Sequence record: PZ445539.1
DNA from: a phage
DNA length: 37,196 nucleotides
Direction: 5' to 3' (one strand)
Shown: one piece after another, positions 26,618 through 35,408 of the stretch
Numbering within the stretch: the first letter of the stretch is position 1
Layout of the letters: the number at the start of each line of letters is the position of its first letter
Translations under genes and position numbers: made by a program
The notes under the pieces: model-generated
The model's input: only the letters and a program-made list of their open reading frames with translations
What the model was told of the DNA's origin: nothing
The model's database searches: none

Positions 26618-27632
26618 TTACGGAAAGGTGTCTCCTCACTTCTGGATTGGCAGAACAGGAAAAGAGCTGCGTCAGGCCGGGCCAGAGTCTCAGCTTGTGG
26701 CTTTGTACCTGCTTACCAATCCGCACGCCAATATGATCGGTCTTTATTACATGCCCCTTGCGTTCTTGTCTCATGAGACTGGATTAACCATTGAAGGGGC
26801 TAAGAAGGGGCTTAATAGCGCCATTAAAGCCGGGTTTTGCAAGTACGACGAGCATTCCGAGATGGTGTGGGTCATAGAAATGGCAACGCATCAAATCGGC
26901 GACGCCCTGAAACCAGGAGACAAGCGCTGCGTTGGAGTGCAGAACGAATACAACAAAGTATCAGATAACCTCTTTCTTTCAGAGTTTTACGAGAAATATT
27001 CGAAGCAGTTCAATATGACATTTCCCCGTAGCAGTGAACTCCAGATCCCGGATGTAAATGAAGGGGCTTCGAAGGGGCATCCAAGCCAAGAGCAGGAACA
27101 GGAGCAGGAGAAAGAACAAGATAAAAATACTTTGTCCGATTCGAATCGGACCGATGGCGATAAATATGACGAGTCGAAAGGTAAACCTGCACAGGAAAAA
27201 CCAGATTCAGAATCTGATGATGCTGAAGAACCAGATCCAGTCGATGCCGCTTTCGAAAATATTTTTTGGGGCGCAGGCCTGAGGAAGGATGCCAAGGTCA
27301 AGGCCAAGTCAGCGTTCAGAACCAAATATCGCGACTGGAAAAAAGCGAACCGCGGTACGCCTGATAACTTCGCCGTTATGCTGGCAGAAGATATTAGCCT
27401 CCGTGTGAAAGCTCAGCAAATGGGGATCGACAAACTACTGCCAGCGTCATACCTGAACGGTGAGCGTTGGAACGATGAAAAACCACAGGGCGGCCCTCAG
27501 ATTTCCGCATGCACAAACGTTGCTGGTGGTGCAGGAGCTTCCTGGTACGCCAAACCCAATGACGGTTCGGCTGAGGTGTTTATCAGCCAGGCAGCCATTG
27601 ACCGTATGAAGCGCGGAGCTAACCGCCCATGA
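26610..27632 (+). CDS. putative replication initiation protein / replisome organiser
   Basis: 340 aa from ATG 26610 with GGAGG ribosome-binding site; acidic EQ-rich linker (SQEQEQEQEKEQDK); occupies lambda O position; iteron-like repeats inside the gene. Confidence 0.55.
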   Translation: MRDYGKVSPHFWIGRTGKELRQAGPESQLVALYLLTNPHANMIGLYYMPLAFLSHETGLTIEGAKKGLNSAIKAGFCKYDEHSEMVWVIEMATHQIGDALKPGDKRCVGVQNEYNKVSDNLFLSEFYEKYSKQFNMTFPRSSELQIPDVNEGASKGHPSQEQEQEQEKEQDKNTLSDSNRTDGDKYDESKGKPAQEKPDSESDDAEEPDPVDAAFENIFWGAGLRKDAKVKAKSAFRTKYRDWKKANRGTPDNFAVMLAEDISLRVKAQQMGIDKLLPASYLNGERWNDEKPQGGPQISACTNVAGGAGASWYAKPNDGSAEVFISQAAIDRMKRGANRP

Positions 27633-27735
27633 AAACCATCCTCAAACGTCTATTGGTTGCTGGCTATAACCGCGGATTACTGCGTGAGGAGTTCGTGACT
27701 ATGTGCTTTATCAAATTCGATTTACGGAGTGTGTG

Positions 27736-29607
27736 ATGACCCCTGCTGAGTTATCTGAAAAATTGTGGGACAACGCCGAAAGAGTTGCGAAATACTTGCT
27801 TCCACGAGGACACCTTGAGGGCAAGGAGTGGTGCGCAGGTAATACCAATGGTGATGCTGGTAAGAGCCTGAAAATCAATCTCGGGGGTAAGAAGACTTGG
27901 GCGGATTTTGCAAGCGGCGACAGCGGAGACCTGCTGGATCTTTGGGTGTTGGTGCGTAACTGCCAACTGCACGACGCTATGCGAGAAGCGAAAGAGTTCC
28001 TTGGGCTGAAGGACGACGATAACCACTTTGAGGCAAAGAAAAAGACCTTCTCTCGCCCAACCAAAAAAGGCGTTAAAAAGGCGAGTCATTGCTACGACTA
28101 CCTGGCTTCCCGTGGCATCACCCGTGAGACAGCCGATCAATTCCGTGTTTCGGATGCAGTTGTCTGGTACCACGATGAAAACCGCGAAATTCCGGCAGTA
28201 GCGTTTCCGTATCTTCGCAACGGTGAGCTGTTGCAGGTAAAGCGAATCGGCACTGAACGACCAAATGGCAAAAAGTTGATCATGGCTGAGGCGGATTGCG
28301 AACCATGTCTGTTTGGCTGGCAGGCTATGGACGCGAAAGCCCGAGCTGTTGTGCTTTGCGAAGGAGAGATTGACTGTATGACCTACTCGCAATTCGGTAT
28401 CAGTGCTCTATCGGTACCGTTCGGCGGTGGAAAAGGGGCCAAACAGCAATGGATCGAATACGAGTATCACAACCTCGACCGATTCGAAGAAATTTGGTTA
28501 AGCCTCGATAACGATGATGTTGGGCGCGAAGCTGCAAAAGAAATTGCTCGTCGCCTGGGGGAGCATCGTTGCCGCCTGGTAGAGCTGCCGCACAAAGATA
28601 TCAATGAGTGCCTGACCTCCGGGATGAGCGAGGATGAAATCTGGAACTACTTGGGGACCGCTAAATTCTTCGACCCTGATGAACTCTGCTCTGCGGGTGA
28701 TCTCCTTCAGGAAACACTGGATGCATTCGAGCATCGGGATGTTGGGTTATTTTCCAGCCCGTGGGATTCGCTGAACAGTAATTTTAAATTCCGCGCTGGT
28801 GAGCTGACGCTGGTTAACGGAGTGAACGGTCACGGTAAAACGGAGCTGGTGGGGCATATCGCCGTCAATGCCATGAGCCAGGGAGTTCGCGTATGCATTG
28901 CATCGTTGGAACTTAAGCCTGGGAAAATGTTGGCTCGTCTTACCCGGCAAACCATTTGTAGAAAAAACCCAGAACGAACTGAAATTATCATGACTAACGA
29001 GTGGTTTTCTGATCGTCTTTGGGTGTTCAAGCTCACCGGAACAGCCAAGGCCGGTCGTCTGCTGGAAATATTTGCCTATGCCAGACGCCGTTATGGAATC
29101 GATCTTTTCGTTATCGACAACCTGGCAAAATGTGGACTTGATGAAGAGGACTACGGTGGTCAGAAAGAATTTATCGACACCCTCTGCGACTTCAAAAACG
29201 AGCACAACTGCCATGTTCTGCTGGTAACGCATGCCAGAAAAACAAACGAAGCCGCACCAACAGGGAAAATGGATGTTAAAGGCACTGGCGCTTTAACCGA
29301 CATGCCCGACAACGTTATGGCCGTCTGGCGTAACATCCCGCGCGAACTGGCGCAGCGCAAAGCTGAAAGAATGGGGTATGAGAGCCTTGATAAGGACGAG
29401 CAGACTGCTATCCAAATGCCCGCATCAATGATTCGCCTGTTGAAACAACGTGAAGGGGAAGGCTGGATCGGAGACATAGGAGCCAATTTTGATTCGCGCT
29501 CGCACCAGTTTATCGAAGGTGATAAAGGCCCCTTCAATTACTTGGCCGGCAAACAGCAAAGTGAACTCGATATTGAGTGGGAAGCCACCAACGCAACGAG
29601 GTATTAA
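27736..29607 (+). CDS. bifunctional DNA primase / replicative helicase (Toprim plus P-loop NTPase)
   Basis: Toprim-like motif (LCEGEIDCMTY) followed by Walker A (GVNGHGKT) and DnaB-type RecA-like C-terminus; GGAG before ATG 27736 (an upstream GTG at 27703 is also possible). Confidence 0.8.
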   Translation: MTPAELSEKLWDNAERVAKYLLPRGHLEGKEWCAGNTNGDAGKSLKINLGGKKTWADFASGDSGDLLDLWVLVRNCQLHDAMREAKEFLGLKDDDNHFEAKKKTFSRPTKKGVKKASHCYDYLASRGITRETADQFRVSDAVVWYHDENREIPAVAFPYLRNGELLQVKRIGTERPNGKKLIMAEADCEPCLFGWQAMDAKARAVVLCEGEIDCMTYSQFGISALSVPFGGGKGAKQQWIEYEYHNLDRFEEIWLSLDNDDVGREAAKEIARRLGEHRCRLVELPHKDINECLTSGMSEDEIWNYLGTAKFFDPDELCSAGDLLQETLDAFEHRDVGLFSSPWDSLNSNFKFRAGELTLVNGVNGHGKTELVGHIAVNAMSQGVRVCIASLELKPGKMLARLTRQTICRKNPERTEIIMTNEWFSDRLWVFKLTGTAKAGRLLEIFAYARRRYGIDLFVIDNLAKCGLDEEDYGGQKEFIDTLCDFKNEHNCHVLLVTHARKTNEAAPTGKMDVKGTGALTDMPDNVMAVWRNIPRELAQRKAERMGYESLDKDEQTAIQMPASMIRLLKQREGEGWIGDIGANFDSRSHQFIEGDKGPFNYLAGKQQSELDIEWEATNATRY

Positions 29608-29609
29608 AA

Positions 29610-29921
29610 ATGGATCGCCTAATTAGAGAAATGTCGTACCTCTTTACCAAGCAGCATTTTATGGAGCTTCAGGAAACGGCCAAAAACATCGCAATCAGCC
29701 ATAGTGACTTTCCTGAGTGTTTCAGTCTTATTGCTGAGGCCATCGCTGAATTTGTTGAAGACACTCCTGATGATGAGTGGCGAGAGTATGAAAAAATCCT
29801 CATGCACTACGTTGCTATGCGTACTCTGACGCTGTGGGGTAACGGCGATAAAGTTACTGATGTCCAGTGGGCACACCCTGGCTGGTTTGGCACTGCTGAG
29901 AAGGGAGAAACCATTCAATGA
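29610..29921 (+). CDS. hypothetical protein
   Basis: 104 aa; translationally coupled between primase-helicase and Q-like gene. Confidence 0.45.
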   Translation: MDRLIREMSYLFTKQHFMELQETAKNIAISHSDFPECFSLIAEAIAEFVEDTPDDEWREYEKILMHYVAMRTLTLWGNGDKVTDVQWAHPGWFGTAEKGETIQ

Positions 29922-30700
29922 AACTGGAAGCATCACTCAAACATTTTAGTCCTCAGGGAATGCACATCAGCGATGACGTGAAGGGAACTTCTCCGGACCG
30001 CCTTACAGGAACAGATGTAATGGCGGCGATTGGCACCACCAGCAGCCGTGCGCGCTTCGGCCTGGCGGCGTTCTTCGGTAAAGCGGGAATCAGCAAAACG
30101 GATGAACAGCTCGCAGTTCAGGCGCTGGCGCGATATGCGATGGATGTCGCACCGAAGAATGTTCGCAAAGCAGCTGGTGGGCAGTTCGGATGGTGTATGC
30201 AGATGCTGGCACAATTTGCCTTTGCTGATTACTCCCGTTCGGCGGCTACCAGCGTGACATGTCACAGTTGCAGCGGTACCGGGTTTATCTCCGGGAATGA
30301 GGATGTGGTTAAACATCCTGGTATTTTCGACGCCGACGGTGCTGAAGTGGTGGCCCCGAAGATTAAAAATGAGCTGGTGAATAGGGTTTGCGGAACATGC
30401 GGAGGAAAGAAAGTGATCCTTGCCCGGTGCAGGTGTGGCGGTAAAGGCGAAGTGTTGGACCGCAAAGCGACTAAAGACCGCGGCGCACCGGTTTTCAAAA
30501 CGTGTGAACGTTGCTCTGGTAATGGCTTCTCTGCTATCTCCTCGGCGACGGTACACCGTGCCATTTTGAAGCGTCTCCCGGACCTCCATCAATCCTCATG
30601 GTCACGCAACTGGAAACCCTTCTATGAAATGCTGGTGGACACTCTGCGCCAGGGGGAACGTCATGCAGCAGTGGAATTTGAGAAGGCGACAACTTATTAA
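29918..30700 (+). CDS. putative late-gene antiterminator (Q-like), Cys-rich zinc-finger protein
   Basis: Four CxxC pairs, two as CxxCxGxG (CHSCSGTG, CERCSGNG); immediately upstream of a strong promoter-terminator pair and the late/lysis genes. Confidence 0.5.
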   Translation: MKLEASLKHFSPQGMHISDDVKGTSPDRLTGTDVMAAIGTTSSRARFGLAAFFGKAGISKTDEQLAVQALARYAMDVAPKNVRKAAGGQFGWCMQMLAQFAFADYSRSAATSVTCHSCSGTGFISGNEDVVKHPGIFDADGAEVVAPKIKNELVNRVCGTCGGKKVILARCRCGGKGEVLDRKATKDRGAPVFKTCERCSGNGFSAISSATVHRAILKRLPDLHQSSWSRNWKPFYEMLVDTLRQGERHAAVEFEKATTY

Positions 30701-30741
30701 TATGATCGGAGCAAATAGCGACACTTTTTTGCACGTTAGTG

Positions 30742-30772
30742 TTGACTTTGCATAAAACTGTCCTGTATGCTT
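30742..30772 (+). promoter_or_regulatory. candidate late promoter (PR'-like)
   Basis: TTGACT at 30742-30747 with a TATGCT-like -10 element about 18 bp downstream; located between Q-like gene and terminator. Confidence 0.45.
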
Positions 30773-30807
30773 TCCATCGTGGGATATTACGCCTACACGA
30801 CATCAAA

Positions 30808-30830
30808 CCCGCCTCGGCGCGGGTTTTTTT
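30808..30830 (+). terminator. intrinsic terminator (tR'-like) just downstream of late promoter
   Basis: CCCGC-ctcggc-GCGGG hairpin followed by TTTTTTT. Confidence 0.7.
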
Positions 30831-30973
30831 GTGCCTGCAATTCTTCGCGCCACGCTCGGCGCAATTCAACCACAGAGCCTTTCAGGGGTGAGCCATAGGG
30901 AACGGTCGGTGTGACTGTCTCTGTGGGCTGATCATTCCTGAGCGCTGGCTCACCCGCTAAAAGGAAAGTCACT

Positions 30974-31399
30974 ATGTTCGGTATCTTCAAAAAGAAAGCA
31001 CGTAAAGCCGTTACTGAAGTTAAGAAAATGGAAAACCGCGATGCGGTTGAGGCGACTGTATGGGGCGCTTACTCCATTGCGTATGCCGACGGTACCTGCG
31101 ACGCGAAAGAAATCGCCACGCTGGAAAAAACTATTTCGGCACTGCCTGCCTTCGCGCCGTTCGCCGGTGAGATCGCACAGATGAGTAGCAATATTCGTGC
31201 TCGTTACGAAGCTTCACCGCGTTCTGCTAACGCTCAGGCGCTGCGCGAACTGGCTGATGTTGCGGGTACAAATGACGCTGTTGATGTTCTTTGCCTGTGT
31301 CTCGATGTAGCTGACAACGACGGTATCGGTGAAGAAGAAGAGAAACAGCTGAAGAAAATCGCTCAGGCGCTGCAGCTTCCACTGGATCAGTACCTGTGA
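30974..31399 (+). CDS. TerB-like domain protein (first gene of late transcript)
   Basis: 141 aa; two ADG/ADNDG-containing helical repeats (IAYADGTCDAKEIATLEK ... LDVADNDGIGEEEEKQLKKIA) as I recall for the TerB fold; AAGGAAA ribosome-binding site. Confidence 0.55.
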   Translation: MFGIFKKKARKAVTEVKKMENRDAVEATVWGAYSIAYADGTCDAKEIATLEKTISALPAFAPFAGEIAQMSSNIRARYEASPRSANAQALRELADVAGTNDAVDVLCLCLDVADNDGIGEEEEKQLKKIAQALQLPLDQYL

Positions 31400-31551
31400 T
31401 CGGAAAACTGCGCTGGGCAGCCGCCGGGATTTTTTTGTTCCTGGTGGTTGCTATCGACTTCACCAGCAAAATGATGTCCATCCTCGCTGATGGCGTGCTG
31501 GTGGCCGGAGTGATTGCGCTGCTCTGGCCCCTGATTAAATCCAGTAAATAA
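31396..31551 (+). CDS. small membrane protein (51 aa), tentative
   Basis: GTG start overlapping the TerB-like stop; single hydrophobic helix; below ORF-track cutoff. Confidence 0.3.
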   Translation: MIGKLRWAAAGIFLFLVVAIDFTSKMMSILADGVLVAGVIALLWPLIKSSK

Positions 31552-31659
31552 CACTGTGCAAAAGGTCATCACGATGGCCTTTGACAGAGTGACAATAACG
31601 CCGCATAGCGGCCTTCTTTCCCCTCATATTGAGAGGATTCACAGCATTGAGGGGGACTG

Positions 31660-32046
31660 ATGTCCGATCCGATTTCCGGCACTGGCTTAGCCGGTGGTGC
31701 TCTGACGGGTGCCAGCATCTATGGCCTGCTTACAGGTACCGATTATGGTGTGGTGTTTGGCGCATTTGCAGGGGCCGTATTCTACATCGCCACAGCTGCG
31801 GATCTGAGTGCAACCCGCCGGCTGGCATATTTCATAGTGTCCTATATCGCCGGGATCTTATGCTCCGGGCTGGTAGGCTCAAAGTTATCTGCCTGGACCG
31901 GTTACAGTGATAAGCCTCTGGACGCCATCGGTGCCGTAATTATTTCTGCATTAGCCGTCAAAATCCTGACGTTCCTGAACAACCAGGATATCGGCTCGCT
32001 GGTGGCGCTGATAACGCGCCGGGGAGGTTCAGGTGGTACTAAATGA
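31660..32046 (+). CDS. holin-like membrane protein
   Basis: 128 aa with multiple Gly/Ala-rich transmembrane segments and charged C-terminus; immediately upstream of endolysin block; GAGGGGGA ribosome-binding site. Confidence 0.6.
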   Translation: MSDPISGTGLAGGALTGASIYGLLTGTDYGVVFGAFAGAVFYIATAADLSATRRLAYFIVSYIAGILCSGLVGSKLSAWTGYSDKPLDAIGAVIISALAVKILTFLNNQDIGSLVALITRRGGSGGTK

Positions 32047-32314
32047 TCCAACTGCAACATTAAACGCTCTGCTCTGCGCCGGGGTGGTGATTACCCTGAT
32101 GTTTTATCGTCGTGGTGATTCACGCCACCGTCCGTGGGTTTCGCGTTTAGCCTGGCTGATTACGGTCACGTACAGCGCTGTGCCGCTGGCCTATCTGTGC
32201 GGCATTTATCCTCATTCCTCATGGGCCACTATTGCGGCCAATATTATATTCCTTTCCGTGCTGGTGGCCGTCAGAGGCAACGTTGCACGCCTGGTTGATC
32301 ATCTGAGGCACTAA
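32033..32314 (+). CDS. second holin/antiholin-like membrane protein
   Basis: 93 aa with 2-3 hydrophobic helices; overlaps neighbours at both ends. Confidence 0.5.
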   Translation: MVLNDPTATLNALLCAGVVITLMFYRRGDSRHRPWVSRLAWLITVTYSAVPLAYLCGIYPHSSWATIAANIIFLSVLVAVRGNVARLVDHLRH

Positions 32315-32943
32315 TGAACCAATCACAATTTCAAAAGGCGGCTGGCATTAGCGCCGGGCTAGCTTCGCGCTGGTTTTCGCATATCGAGGCTGCAGTGAAG
32401 GAATTCGGCATCACGGCACCGCTCGATCAGGCTATGTTCATCGCACAGATGGGACATGAGTCAGGCGGGTATACCCGGCTGGTGGAAAGCCTGAACTATG
32501 CGGCTGAAAACTTAGTGCCGACGTTCGGCAGCCACCGCATCACTCAGCAGCAGGCCGCTGCACTTGGCAGAACGGCAACGCAACCGGCAAACCAGAAAGC
32601 GATCGCCAATCTGGTATACGGTGGTGAGTGGGGAAAAGAACACCTGGGCAATCAGGTTGCCGGTGATGGATGGAAATATCGCGGTCGCGGGCTGAAACAG
32701 ATTACCGGCCTGAGCAACTATCGCAGTTGTGGCCACGCTCTAAAACTTGACCTTGTTACCCACCCGGAGCTGCTTGAACAGGATGAATACGCCGCGCGCT
32801 CAGCTGCATGGTTCTATTCGTCTCGCGGTTGCCTGCTTCATTCCGGCGACGTGGAGCGCGTGACACTTCTTATCAATGGTGGCCGTAACGGGTTGGATAA
32901 ACGCCGCGCGCTGTTTAACCTGGCGAAATCTGTGCTGGTGTGA
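32314..32943 (+). CDS. endolysin, glycoside hydrolase family 19 (chitinase-like lysozyme)
   Basis: 209 aa; motifs FIAQMGHESGG, GRGLKQITGLSNY, AARSAAWFY characteristic of GH19 phage endolysins (from memory). Confidence 0.85.
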   Translation: MNQSQFQKAAGISAGLASRWFSHIEAAVKEFGITAPLDQAMFIAQMGHESGGYTRLVESLNYAAENLVPTFGSHRITQQQAAALGRTATQPANQKAIANLVYGGEWGKEHLGNQVAGDGWKYRGRGLKQITGLSNYRSCGHALKLDLVTHPELLEQDEYAARSAAWFYSSRGCLLHSGDVERVTLLINGGRNGLDKRRALFNLAKSVLV

Positions 32944-32950
32944 GGTCACT

Positions 32951-33220
32951 ATGGGCTTTGAAACTTTAATTGGTATCGCTGCAGCAGTCATTGCTGCCAT
33001 CGCTGGTGCGTTCGGCCTGGGCCATATTCGCGGCACCAGCAAAGCGGAAGCGAAAGCCGACCAGCAGCGCACCGAAGATAACGCAGCGGCAACTGTCGCA
33101 GCAGCAGAACGCCGGGTAGAGACAACGAAAGAGGCCAGCAATGTACAGCAGACTGTTAACCATATGCCTGGCGATGATGTTGATCGTGAGCTGCGCACAA
33201 ACTGGACCCGTAAAGGTTGA
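32951..33220 (+). CDS. i-spanin (Rz-like)
   Basis: 89 aa from ATG 32951; N-terminal transmembrane helix then charged region; directly after endolysin. Confidence 0.6.
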   Translation: MGFETLIGIAAAVIAAIAGAFGLGHIRGTSKAEAKADQQRTEDNAAATVAAAERRVETTKEASNVQQTVNHMPGDDVDRELRTNWTRKG

Positions 33221-33362
33221 GGTTGTGGATACGGCTTGCGACTGGGTTAAACCCATCTACGGAACGGATCACGACTGGGATGTGCTGGACCGCCAGACGA
33301 AGAAAAACATCTTGGCGCATAACAAAGCGTGGCAGGCTAATTGCCACGCAACAACGGATTAA
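33141..33362 (+). CDS. o-spanin (Rz1-like outer-membrane lipoprotein), overlapping i-spanin in another frame
   Basis: Signal peptide with lipobox LIVSC; begins inside the Rz-like gene in a different frame and extends past it. Confidence 0.6.
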   Translation: MYSRLLTICLAMMLIVSCAQTGPVKVEVVDTACDWVKPIYGTDHDWDVLDRQTKKNILAHNKAWQANCHATTD

Positions 33363-33736
33363 TCTCTCATGTAGGCTGCTTTTCTTGCTGCGCGGTACCC
33401 TTCTTCTTCCTCGCAGCTTTCACATAGCATACTATCTTGTTGATAGCACTGAAGCAGTCTTTCGTTTTCAATCACACTTGGGCAATCGAAGTAAGTACCA
33501 TTCTCTCCATCATATTCGTCAAACCAACCTTGGCAAGGCACGTTTTCTATGAGCGGGAGTAAAGCATTTTCATAGAGATACAATTGCTTTTCTGAAAGGT
33601 TGTCAAGATTGCCTTGGCCTACAATTTTTTGGGAAACACCCCAAACATTGTCTTCATTTAGTTTGTTATCGTTTGCAGACTCTCGAATAAGTTCTTCTTT
33701 GTTTTGGACTAAATATCTAAGCACTTGAATACTCAT
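33359..33736 (-). CDS. hypothetical protein, Cys-rich acidic C-terminus (antisense moron)
   Basis: 125-aa AT-rich ORF on the minus strand between lysis genes and glycosyltransferase gene. Confidence 0.45.
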   Translation of the reverse strand: MSIQVLRYLVQNKEELIRESANDNKLNEDNVWGVSQKIVGQGNLDNLSEKQLYLYENALLPLIENVPCQGWFDEYDGENGTYFDCPSVIENERLLQCYQQDSMLCESCEEEEGYRAARKAAYMRD

Positions 33737-33950
33737 AAAACCTCCATCTTATGTGTTGATACCATTAAGGAAAAACCATCCGAGAATAGCCTTCAAATCA
33801 GCCCGTAATCAAATCTATTAGCTCATTGTTTGATCTACAAGCGCATCGCACGCGCACATCAAAGAAAGACTTTCAGCTGTGAGCCTGGGCAAACCGCTAA
33901 CTTTCGGCGGCTTTGCCGTGCGACAGGCTCACGCCTAAAAGGAAAATCAA

Positions 33951-35408
33951 ATGCAGGTCACTATTAATGGTGTCCAGTATGCACCCGCCTGTGCAATTTC
34001 ATCGCGGATCGGCGTTGCCATTTCGACGCATCAGCGCTCAGACGTTTTAAAACGTGCACTCGAACAGCACATGAAGCATCTTCCCGCTGGCGCGCGAGTG
34101 GTGGTTGTAGATGATGGTTCAAAACCTGCAGCGGTAGTTCCCCACGGCGTGCAGCTGCTTCGCCATGAAACTTCACTCGGCATTGTTGCTTCGAAGAACG
34201 CCAGCCTGTCAGCCCTGATGGATGCCGGGTGCGAGCATCTTTTTCTGTGGGATGATGATGCCTGGCCCATCGCCGACAACTGGCATCTTCCCTACATCGA
34301 ATCACCCGAGCCACACCTGGCTTACCAGTTTCTCGATTTGGCTGGTCGCAATAAGCTGAATGACCTTTCGGTGCTTTACCGTGACGATCAGCATGTGGCG
34401 TACACCGGACAGCGCGGCGTGATGCTGTATTACCACCGTAGCGCCATCGAGAGGGTGGGCGGATTCGATCCGGTTTATGGTCGCGGCATGTACGAGCACA
34501 GCGACCTCGCCTTGCGCATCCATAACGCTGGACTGACTACGTGGGCTTACGCTGATGTCCTCGGTTCAGACAAGCTGATTCATTCCCTCGATGAGCATGA
34601 AGCGGTGGAGCGTTCGGTACCGAGGCCCGACCGCCAGGCGCTGGTGGAACGTAATGTTAAGATCCACAATGAACGACGTGATACCGGCTTTACCGGTTAT
34701 GTTGAATATCGGCGTCAGCGCGACGTGGTTATCACTACGTTACTGACCAGCCAGCCTGACCCTCAACGCGGTACGAAAATGATGGCCTCGCCTGACATGC
34801 TGACCAAGTGGGCGGCCTCGCTTCGGAATTGTGGGCGTATTGCGCTGGTGGATGAATTACTGACGGCCCCGGCAGATGTTGAGCTGTATCTCGTACCTGA
34901 CGTAAAGATGAATGTCTATTTCCGGCGCTGGCTGCACATCTGGCAGCACCTGCGCGATCACCCTGAATATCGTTTCGTCTGGTGTACAGATGGTACCGAT
35001 GTCGAAATGCTCCGCGCACCGTGGGAAGAAATGCAGCCCGGGAATGTTTACGTCGGTTCTGAACCGAAGACATACGCCGACACCTGGGCGAAACAGAATC
35101 ATCCTGAGCGTATCTATCAGGAATTCATTGAAGCGCACCGCGGCGATGTGATGCTTAACGCTGGTCTGCTGGGTGGCACCCGCGCTGATGTAATGGCGTT
35201 CGCTCACGGCATCATCCGTCTTTACTACCGGATCGAGAGTTATCGTTTCTGGAAGAAAGAACAGGTTGGCGCCGCGGTGGGTGACATGCTGGCGTTCGGT
35301 ATTGTCGCGCATTCATTCGCTGACAGGCTGGTCACCGGCCCTCTGGTACATACCGTTTTCAAAACTGATGGTATCGGTAAGGAGGCCGCATGGTGGAAAC
35401 ACAAGTGA
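33951..35408 (+). CDS. putative two-domain glycosyltransferase (N-terminal GT2-like GT-A fold; C-terminal second nucleotide-sugar transferase-like domain)
   Basis: N-terminus has GT2-like pattern: VAISTHQRS...VVVVDDGS...LWDDDAW (DxD)...GGFD; 485 aa; no transmembrane segments seen. Confidence 0.55.
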   Translation: MQVTINGVQYAPACAISSRIGVAISTHQRSDVLKRALEQHMKHLPAGARVVVVDDGSKPAAVVPHGVQLLRHETSLGIVASKNASLSALMDAGCEHLFLWDDDAWPIADNWHLPYIESPEPHLAYQFLDLAGRNKLNDLSVLYRDDQHVAYTGQRGVMLYYHRSAIERVGGFDPVYGRGMYEHSDLALRIHNAGLTTWAYADVLGSDKLIHSLDEHEAVERSVPRPDRQALVERNVKIHNERRDTGFTGYVEYRRQRDVVITTLLTSQPDPQRGTKMMASPDMLTKWAASLRNCGRIALVDELLTAPADVELYLVPDVKMNVYFRRWLHIWQHLRDHPEYRFVWCTDGTDVEMLRAPWEEMQPGNVYVGSEPKTYADTWAKQNHPERIYQEFIEAHRGDVMLNAGLLGGTRADVMAFAHGIIRLYYRIESYRFWKKEQVGAAVGDMLAFGIVAHSFADRLVTGPLVHTVFKTDGIGKEAAWWKHK

